Assembly (NCBI RefSeq): GCF_002113885.1
Contig: NW_018404289.1
Coordinates: forward strand, 241,750 to 305,749
DNA: 64,000 nt
Direction of reading: 5' to 3'
DNA from: Mizuhopecten yessoensis
Taxonomy: Eukaryota
The notes beneath the pieces are model-generated. The model had not been told where the DNA came from, searched no databases, and saw nothing but the letters and a program-made list of their open reading frames with translations. The position numbers and the translations under genes are program-made. Positions 54,833 through 64,000 of the stretch are shown piece after piece (position 1 is the first letter of the stretch; every line of letters begins with the position of its first letter).

Positions 54833-57800
54833 ATGGGATTTGTTGGTAGAAAAGATGAATTGATGGAACTAAAAAGTGAGTTTGACTCAAAAGACATATT
54901 TGCTATATATGGATTGCGTTCTGTTGGAAAATCTCGACTTGTGGAAACTTTTATAAATCAGCTTTCATGGAGAAGTATTTGGATCGACATGGGAAACATG
55001 AAGAGCATGAGACCAGTGTATATGACCTTACTTCAGAGACTACTACCAGATAGCGTCTCAGCACAACGCGGTATTTCTAGAACACCTACTGTCGCTGTCG
55101 AGGACTGGTGGACCGGTATTCAGAGTATTATCAATGAGGGTGTGTCAGAGCCCACTGTCATTGTTCTAGATAATGCTGAAGACGTGGTGGAGACAGAAAG
55201 AATTGCGATGGAATTCCTTCAAATGTGCGTTCTTCTTACATCTACCTCGAGAAGTATTAAGGTGTTCGTAACATCTACAACGGAAATGTCGTTTGATGAA
55301 AACAGCATGATTTCCTTATTTTCATTTCATCTGAAAGCTTTGGATCAGGAAAGCTCGGCACAACTTCTTTCAGCTAATGCACCAACCGTTAACTTCGGAT
55401 CCAATATGGCGACCATCGTAGAATTATGTGAAGGTCTTCCTCTTGCGCTGTTGATGACGTCATCGATTCTTGAGGACAAAGAATCATTGTTTGCTGCTGG
55501 CGATATGGTCCGTCTCCTTCGTTTATGTCGTATGGAAGTTCTGAGTCAAGCTTTGTATCAAAGAAAAGAAAGAATAGGTATAATAACATATATACATTCT
55601 ACTGTCTTATGAATCATTGGTGTGCTTTAAATTAAAATAGTGTATTTATAAAAAGGAGCTACATAACGTATGAAAAGTTTTTATTAGTAACGAGATATTA
55701 CATTAAATAACACGGCCTTTTCGAGCCAAAGAATAACATGTAAATCATACCAAATCTACATAATCTTGTCTAAAATCTTTAATTATTTGTGAAAACTTCA
55801 ATACAATAAATTAATTATCGTTGAATATGTAAAAGCAAGTGTCTGATATCAACGTAAAAAATTATCAGGATTTATTCTCAAAAATAATTCGTTTTTTGAC
55901 AGGCAATGTCTATGGGGAGTTTTTACGACGACTTTCAGTGTCTCTGAGAAACGATCTCGCTACCTTGGTGTATATACCCGGATCGTTTACAGACTCTCAG
56001 GCGAGCGCAATGATCGGTGAGTCTATTTTGGAAATATCTGTGTACAACAAAACGTTAATGTTGAACAGCAATATGGGATCATAAGGGAGTCTTATATAAC
56101 TAAATATTTTGGTATTTAATACAAGAGGCAATCATGATGCAAAAATTAAAAAAAATCTGCGCATCAACCTATAAAAGCAGAAAACAAAGTACATGTTTTT
56201 GTGAAGTCGTAATAAGGGAAACAACTCTTACATTCCTGAGTAGAAATGGTGTGTTTAGGATGTTCAAGGTCGTGCATTTTCGTCGTTTGGTACTTAAAAT
56301 GTCTGACATGGACTTAATCTCTATTTGGCTATGGTGATTTTATTAATATACCCATACCTCGGCGAAGCAACAAAACCCGTAAAATAATAACAGTCTATGT
56401 AAGATGTAATACAGCTCTTATCTTCAAAGACATCAGCAGACGAGCGTTACATGTCCTTTGTCGTCACTTTAGCGGCCGTATTTCTTGACGATTTTTTTTT
56501 ATACTTCGGATAAGATTGACTAAGGACATCATCGATTAAACGTCAAAACCACTGTAACTAAAATAGAAATTCATCAACACAACCATAGGACGCTGGCAAT
56601 TCTACCCTGTTTTTTTTTTTTTTTGAAGGTCAAAGAAAAAACTTCATGTGGTAAAGATGGTAACAGTTGACAGGGATTTATATTTTTAACATATATTGGC
56701 TTTTACAGGAAACACGTCTAACAAAGAAACCCACATAACCACAATACAACCGATAATGCGGCGGAACATCATCCACCACATCCGGGGTACGGATCGGTAT
56801 GACGTCCACGGGATACTGCGAGACTGCGTGGCTTTGTATCTGGACGTGAAGAATCTCCCAGGTAAGCCATGCTTTTTGTTTTTTGCAGAGAGCAAAAACG
56901 TTTAAAGGAAACCTTAAGGTAGAAATAAAACAGTACTTATACTTGGACTTGGTCAGTAATTGCTTACTTTGTTTGGCTTCATGCATCGACTTTTATCGAA
57001 ACCGAAATTTCTAAAAGGCATCTGTGCTCCCCTACTTTATATTTCTAACAATACTTTTAAATCATACAGTTTAAAAAACTGACAGGGAACTTAAACTATT
57101 AATAAACAACAGATACACCTTTACAATACTGACTTTCAATTATTGTTAATTGATGTTTTTTCATTTGAAGAAACAAGGAAACGGTTTTGTAAGATTTTCG
57201 CACGGCTTATTATCGCTATCAGTGAGAAGGTAGATTCTTCCGAGTACCTGGAGGGACTGTGTCTGTACAACTTAGAACGTCAGAACTTCCAGAAACTTCT
57301 CACTGACGTCATGTATACCACTGAGGATACATACGGGCTCTACATGGAACTGGCCCTCAGGGCGACACACGTCATACAGAGCTTCATGATAGGTAATGTT
57401 ATATATATGTCACGGATGGTCCTAGTTCGTGATATCTACCATCGAGTGGGTAATTATTTTATCATAATGATATGTTATAAAGATTTTCTGTCTTTGTTAC
57501 TTTCGCAATAAATATTGGTTTTCAGTTACGTTTTCGTAAAATTAACGTAAATTTGGTATCCCACATAGCATCCATATGTTTGCAATGTGAGTTTTAATGC
57601 TACTCCTGAGATATACTGGTCGTAATACCTATCGAATATATAATTTAGCATCTCAGTCAGTCGAATTTACAAATTAGTTATGAAGGCATCAGCGGGAAAT
57701 AATGAGCGTAAATTGGTATCAAGGCATATGCCTCCATTAGATAATTCAATATCCATTTTATTCATAACGGCCTTTTTAAACAAAACATTTCTCGAAAGGA

Positions 57801-60511
57801 ACGATTGTGATTTATGTGTGGTCCGGTGTCAATTTTTAAATTCCGCCATGTTTCAGTTATATTTTCCTGTTCATATCATGGAATGCTGCTGCGCATATTT
57901 CTGAGAATTATTTGATGGTCGTTATATTTTCAGAATATGATTTCAAATTCTACACCGAGCTGATGCGAATGTGTCGTAACAACAAGAACTATGTGGATGA
58001 AGTTTGTATCCAGATACAGTACGGCAGTGCACTCACCAACGTCCAGGTAAGCTTGCTATCCGATGTGTATGTCACCAATGTAGGGTGCATTTTTCTTAGT
58101 GATAATCATTCCAGCTAAATCAATAAATATATTAAAAATATATATAATGGATCAGTTGATTTCTTTTGTTTTTAGACCAAACGTATTTGCTATGCAATGA
58201 ACTGTAAACAGGAAACTGTTCACGCGTCACAAAGATAACTCCTGTGACTTTAACAATACAATATCACGTCTAATTTTTCTAAACATTTTCTTCCGGTTGG
58301 TAAGTATGTATGGAAAATAGGCATACGCTTCATTGGTCATTTGTCTGATGAAGGTGACAGTGGACATATCGTACTAGTCATCGAAACGTCACATATTTTT
58401 TTTTTATTGGTTGTGTAAAATGAACTTCTCATAATCACGTCCGATTGTCTATACAGGGAGATAACTCCTGTGACTTTAACAATACAATATCACGTCTGAT
58501 TGTCTATACAGGGAGATTTAATGACTGGTGAGACGAACTATATGAAAGCTTTGACATTTCTTGAACACAACTCGACCAACGATTCCACACGGGACCTTCG
58601 ACCAATAATGGCCTTGGCCTATCAGAGAATCGGATGGAACATCGGTTGTCAAGGCCGGTGTCAAGAGGCGTTAAGGTCAGCTAAGTTAGCAATGATTTGT
58701 CGCGAACTAAAAGAGTGCGAGTTTAAAGGAGCTGTCAGACTAAAAGTAACAATGTGGCTACATTTATCAGATTATCATCATGTACATAATTATGGAACAA
58801 GTTTTGAAATGAATCGTATTTAGATAAAGGCTATGCACAGTTTCTCCATCAACAAATTATATTTCTGAACAGAAACTTGCGTTAAGAACTATTGAACTAC
58901 CATAAATGTTTTCTGAAGATAACAAGCTCGTGGTTCAAATGGTCTCTTTTCTGTTTCAGATATCTCTATAAAGCCTTGAAGCTAGAACAAGATCTAAACA
59001 TGTATTATGAAGAACTTGCCATGTCAACAATACAAAGTTTGTCCTGTTTCCATGTCACTTCCGGTAAATACCGCACTGTGTCCTCTATCATCAATACTGT
59101 CGGTCAATCTACGATTTGTAACCGTAGACATTCTAAACTTCTAACGATTAACAAAATATGGCGTTTTGGTATGGAACTTCGTACATATTTTAATGATAAC
59201 ACTGCTGATAGATTCCCTAAAAAATCAGGTGATAGCATACTTACCAGGTTTGAATTTAATCCAGTAAAAAGAGGTCCTTGGGAAGTTGTTTTTATCTATA
59301 AATGAAATGAAAAATATTGTTCAAATATATTTAGTCTTTTTAATCATTCATTTATCTGTATGTTGTTGCTGAGCGTTCTAACTCGCCCTTTCCTTTTTTC
59401 AATTGATATTACACCCTTTTTTCAATTGTTGTTACAAAAGTATTACTTTCAAAGATAGAAGATAATGGTACCCCATAAAGGATTGATCAAGTATGTAAAA
59501 ACTGTACAATAACTAACATGGGAACTATTTCTATTTTCGAAAAAACTTAAAATGTAAATGTTCATTAGCCTCCCATACATAAGATCTAACAGATATAACA
59601 GCTGACTGATATTACTTCATCAGTGGAAACTTGCCTATCTGTTGAACTTAATTTGGTATTTCTTCTGTTTAACAACAGGTAACGTTAAGGAAGGTATCAA
59701 ATTACATCAGGAAGCTTTAAAGAGAAGAATCGAGTGCTACAAAACTGACCAACATCCATATGTTGCTTCCTGCATCAACAATTTAGGAATTGCCTACAGA
59801 AAGTTGGGGCAAGAGGAAGAGGCTTTACACTGCTTCCAGCGAGCGCTTGTCGAAAAAAAGGACACCAAAGGAACGGGGAAATCTATCGCAATATCAATGA
59901 AGAATGTAGCTTGGTCACTAACTGAGTGTGGTAACCACGTCGAGGCTTGGGACAAGATCGAGGAAGCATTCAGCATCCTAAACAAAACCCCAAACCTATA
60001 TTTAGAAATTCGGTGTTACTGTCATGCTGTGGAGGGCAGAATACTACGAAATACTGGACAGGATGAAGAAGCAATTCAGATATATAAGATGTCTCTAACA
60101 ATTGCTAAAAGTCATGCTCCTGTGTTTTTGTTTGAATGCATGATTCATTTGGAAATAGGAGAGCTTCAGTTTAAAAGAAAACGATATGATATCGTTCTCA
60201 AAAGGCTGGAACATGTATTTAAAGTTGGTCCTTCGCTGATTTCCGAAGATCCCTCCTCTGACATTTTGATCGACTCTTATGTCGTGGCCATAGATTGTCA
60301 CGTAGCGTTACGTGATATGTATATGGCTACGCTCCGTGGTACATATGCTGTCAGAGAAATTGAAAGGTTACTGCAAGTTTGCAATGATTTTGAACTTGAA
60401 GACAAGATTACGACACTTAAAAAACGTGAATATGAACTGAAAGAAAAAATAAGGAATATGAAAATGATAGAATTTAAAGATCAATCTAAAACGAGCAATT
60501 TACCAAATTGA
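54833..60511 (+). CDS. Gene 3: STAND (NB-ARC-like) NTPase - winged helix - TPR protein, 815 aa; join(54833..55577,55903..56016,56709..56861,57171..57392,57934..58046,58512..58675,58960..59063,59679..60511)
   Basis: GT-AG introns with the same phases give 2448 nt of open frame. Motifs: FVGRK, GLRSVGKS, VIVLDNAE, VFVTSTT, CEGLPLAL, RYDVHGILR, HPYVASCINNLGIAY. The frame stays open upstream to a candidate acceptor at 54761, so the start could lie in an upstream exon. Confidence 0.87.
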
Positions 60512-60995
60512 ACTATAGGAGTTACAGTTTTTAGTATAAATGTGTAAATCAAAATCATCAATGTTTGGTCATCGTAATGGAGTCCGTGGGAAAAGTATGA
60601 AAAAGCAGGACTTAAGAGAAGTTTTAGTTTTGTCAAATACATATCGAAAAAAGTGTTGGAGAAAAAAACAATACCGTGTAGATATCACTTTTTAATTCGG
60701 TATGATGTACTGAGGCAAGGCTTGATTAGTATCTTTGTAATAAACAGTTCTACACTTAGTTGCAAAAGTATCAAAAGGAAAAATGTTTTCTTTTTTCCTT
60801 TTATTTCCTTTACTTAAATTCGAAAAATATGCGATTGTTATGTACGTACCACTTACCCATTTTGAGCTAAAACAAATTCAAACAGAAAACTTTTTAGAAA
60901 AATAATTTAACAAAACCTTATTGCAGCAATAACAAAAAAAATCATCTTCTACACATTTCTTTGCACTAATTTGATGCAGAAGCCAATGACAGTTT

Positions 60996-63365
60996 ATCTA
61001 CCAGGCGAGAATAGCCAAGTCCTTATCTAGGTCTCAAATAAACAAACATCATCTACCTGGCGAGAATAGCCAAGTCCTTATCTAGGTCTCACATAAACAA
61101 ACATCATCTACCTGGCGAGAATAGCCAAGTCCTTATCTAGGTCTCAAATAAACAAACATCATCTACCTGGCGAGAATAGCCAAGTCCTTATCTAGGTCTC
61201 AAATAAACAAACATCATCTACCTGGCGAGAATAGCCAAGTCCTTATCTAGGTCTCAAATAAACAAACATCATCTACCTGGCGAGAATAGCCAAGTCCTTA
61301 TCTAGGTCTCAAATAAACAAACATCATCTACCTGGCGAGAATAGCCAAGTCCTTATCTAGGTCTCAAATAAACAAACATCATCTACCTGGCGAGAATAGC
61401 CAAGTCCTTATCTAGGTCTCAAATAAACAAACATCATCTACCTGGCGAGAATAGCCAAGTCCTTATCTAGGTCTCAAATAAACAAACATCATCTACCTGG
61501 CGAGAATAGCCAAGTCCTTATCTAGGTCTCAAATAAACAAACATCATCTACCTGGCGAGAATAGCCAAGTCCTTATCTAGGTCTCAAATAAACAAACATC
61601 ATCTACCTGGCGAGAATAGCCAAGTCCTTATCTAGGTCTCAAATAAACAAACATCATCTACCTGGCGAGAATAGCCAAGTCCTTATCTAGGTCTCAAATA
61701 AACAAACATCATCTACCTGGCGAGAATAGCCAAGTCCTTATCTAGGTCTCAAATAAACAAACATCATCTACCTGGCGAGAATAGCCAAGTCCTTATCTAG
61801 GTCTCAAATAAACAAACATCATCTACCTGGCGAGAATAGCCAAGTCCTTATCTAGGTCTCAAATAAACAAACATCATCTACCTGGCGAGAATAGCCAAGT
61901 CCTTATCTAGGTCTCAAATAAACAAACATCATCTACCTGGCGAGAATAGCCAAGTCCTTATCAAGGTCTCAAATAAACAAACATCATCTACCTGGCGAGA
62001 ATAGCCAAGTCCTTATCAAGGTCTCAAATAAACAAACATCATCTACCTGGCGAGAATAGCCAAGTCCTTATCAAGGTCTCAAATAAACAAACATCATCTA
62101 CCTGGCGAGAATAGCCAAGTCCTTATCAAGGTCTCAAATAAACAAACATCATCTACCTGGCGAGAATAGCCAAGTCCTTATCAAGGTCTCAAATAAACAA
62201 ACATCATCTACCTGGCGAGAATAGCCAAGTCCTTATCAAGGTCTCAAATAAACAAACATCATCTACCTGGCGAGAATAGCAAAGTCCTTATCAAGGTCTC
62301 AAATAAACAAACATCATCTACCTGGCGAGAATAGCAAAGTCCTTATCTAGGTCTCAAATAAACAAACATCATCTACCTGGCGAGAATAGCAAAGTCCTTA
62401 TCTAGGTCACAAATAAATAAACATCATCTACCAGGCGAGAATAGCAAAGTCATTATCTAGGTCTCCATTAAACAAACATCATCTACCTGGCGAGAATAGC
62501 AAAGTCCTTATCAAGGTCTCAAATAAACAAACATCATCTACCTGGCGAGAATAGCAAAGTCCTTATCTAGGACTCAAATAAACAAACATCATCTACCTGG
62601 CGAGAATAGCCAAGTCATTATCTAGGTTTCAAATATACAAACATCATCTACCTGGCGAGAATAGCAAAGTCCTTATCTAGGTCTCAAATGAACAAACATC
62701 ATCTACCTGGCGAGAATAGCAAAGCCCTTATCAAGGTCTCAAATAAACAAACATCATCTACCTGGCGAGAAAAGCAAAGCCCTTATCAAGGTCTCAAATA
62801 AACAAACATCATCTACCTGGCGAGAATAACAAAGTCATTATCTAGGTCTCAAATAAAAAAACATCATCTACCTGGCGAGAATAGCCAAGTCCTTATCTAG
62901 GTCTTAAATAAACAAACATCATCTACATGGAGAGAATAGCAAGGTCATTATCAAGGTCTAAAATAAACAAACATCATCTACCTAGCGAGAATAACAAAGT
63001 CATTATCTAGGTCTCAAATAAAAAAACATCATCTACCTGGCGAGAATAGCAAAGTCCCTATCTAGGTCTCAAATAAACAAACATGATCTCCCTGGCGAGA
63101 ATAGCAAAGTCATTATCTAGGTCTCAAATAAAAAAACATCATCTACCTGGCGAGAATAGCCAAGTCCTTATCTAGGTCTTAAATAAACAAACATCATCTA
63201 CCTGGCGAGAATAGCAAGGTCCTTATCAAGGTCTAAAATAAACAAACATCATCTACCTGGCGAGAATAACAAAGTCCTTATCAAGGTCTCAAATAAACAA
63301 ACATCATCTACCTGGCGAGAATACCCAAGTCATTATCAAGGTCTCAAATATACAAACATCATCCA
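60996..63365. repeat. 55-bp satellite AAATAAACAAACATCATCTACCTGGCGAGAATAGCCAAGTCCTTATCTAGGTCTC (~43 copies)
   Basis: Units at 61201, 61256 and onward. Confidence 0.95.
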
Positions 63366-64000
63366 CAGAAGATATTATGTAACTACAAAATATAAAAGGT
63401 CGCAACAGAAAAAAAGACCAAAGACAGCGTGGACTCCATGCTGACAACACCCAGCTGCCAGTGAGAGAATTCAGACGGTTGTGCTCTTTACAAGTAGTGT
63501 GCATAGCTGATTCAGTAGAAACAAGCGGTGTGAATAGCTCGTTAGTGGAGACGAAACTACGGTGTAAAAATCAAGTCAACATTCAATTTTTGTACGAAGA
63601 TTTACTTTCTAATGGAACAACTGGGGTCCACATTAATAGCAGTAAGTAACACCATATCTGTAGGAGTTATACGACTGATGTTGATAATTCTCTAGGTGCG
63701 TTCGTACCGAAATTCGGACCTGTAGTAAGTGAGAAGTTATTGTAACGCCGTCATATTTTACAAATCAATTATAATAAGAAAGGAACCAATAAAATTATAA
63801 ATAAATAAAGGAAAATAGAGTTTATTTGATCAAATACTATTTCGGGTGCTGAATATCATACCAAAAAACTATAAAAAGCATTGAATACTATACATAAGTA
63901 ACATGTGATACAATTTATAAGAATGTATTGAGACAGTATATCTATCATGTGATATTATACAGTGTACATAAGTATAATGTGAAAGTGTACATAATTATCA

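Noticed and set aside
60996-63365. Regular repeats (also 35228-37765 and 28070-28590) as CRISPR arrays
   Set aside because: Units are head-to-tail with no unique spacers, there are no cas genes, and the context is eukaryotic.

Overview
AT-rich, intron-containing eukaryotic DNA. The V-domain SINE, CR1/L2 relic and dense short satellites fit an invertebrate, most likely a bivalve mollusc (inference). The main content is a tandem cluster of three paralogous, same-strand, 8-coding-exon genes (28661-34265, 42095-50435, 54833-60511). Each encodes a ~800-830 aa STAND P-loop NTPase (NB-ARC/AP-ATPase type) - winged helix - TPR protein. I reconstructed the exons by hand from GT-AG sites; intron phases (1,1,1,1,0,2,1) and several exon lengths are identical across the paralogs. 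The proteins seem to start directly at the NTPase with no N-terminal effector. They share atypical motifs (Walker A GxRSxGKS, no sensor-1 Arg, MHD replaced by VHG/IQG) and have highly divergent TPR regions, as expected of an NLR-like immune receptor family under birth-and-death evolution. Related signals are a decayed exon of a fourth paralog, a near-identical exon-4 tract shared by genes 2 and 3, and a duplicated splice acceptor in gene 3. Gene 2 is broken by an assembly gap (N at 46466). The rest of the window holds more than a dozen distinct tandem-repeat families, a 33-bp repeat with coding-like variation (mucin-like on -, elastin-like on +), SINEs, a LINE endonuclease relic, a probable Tc1 relic and several hairpins. 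No CRISPR array, rRNA or bona fide tRNA was found.
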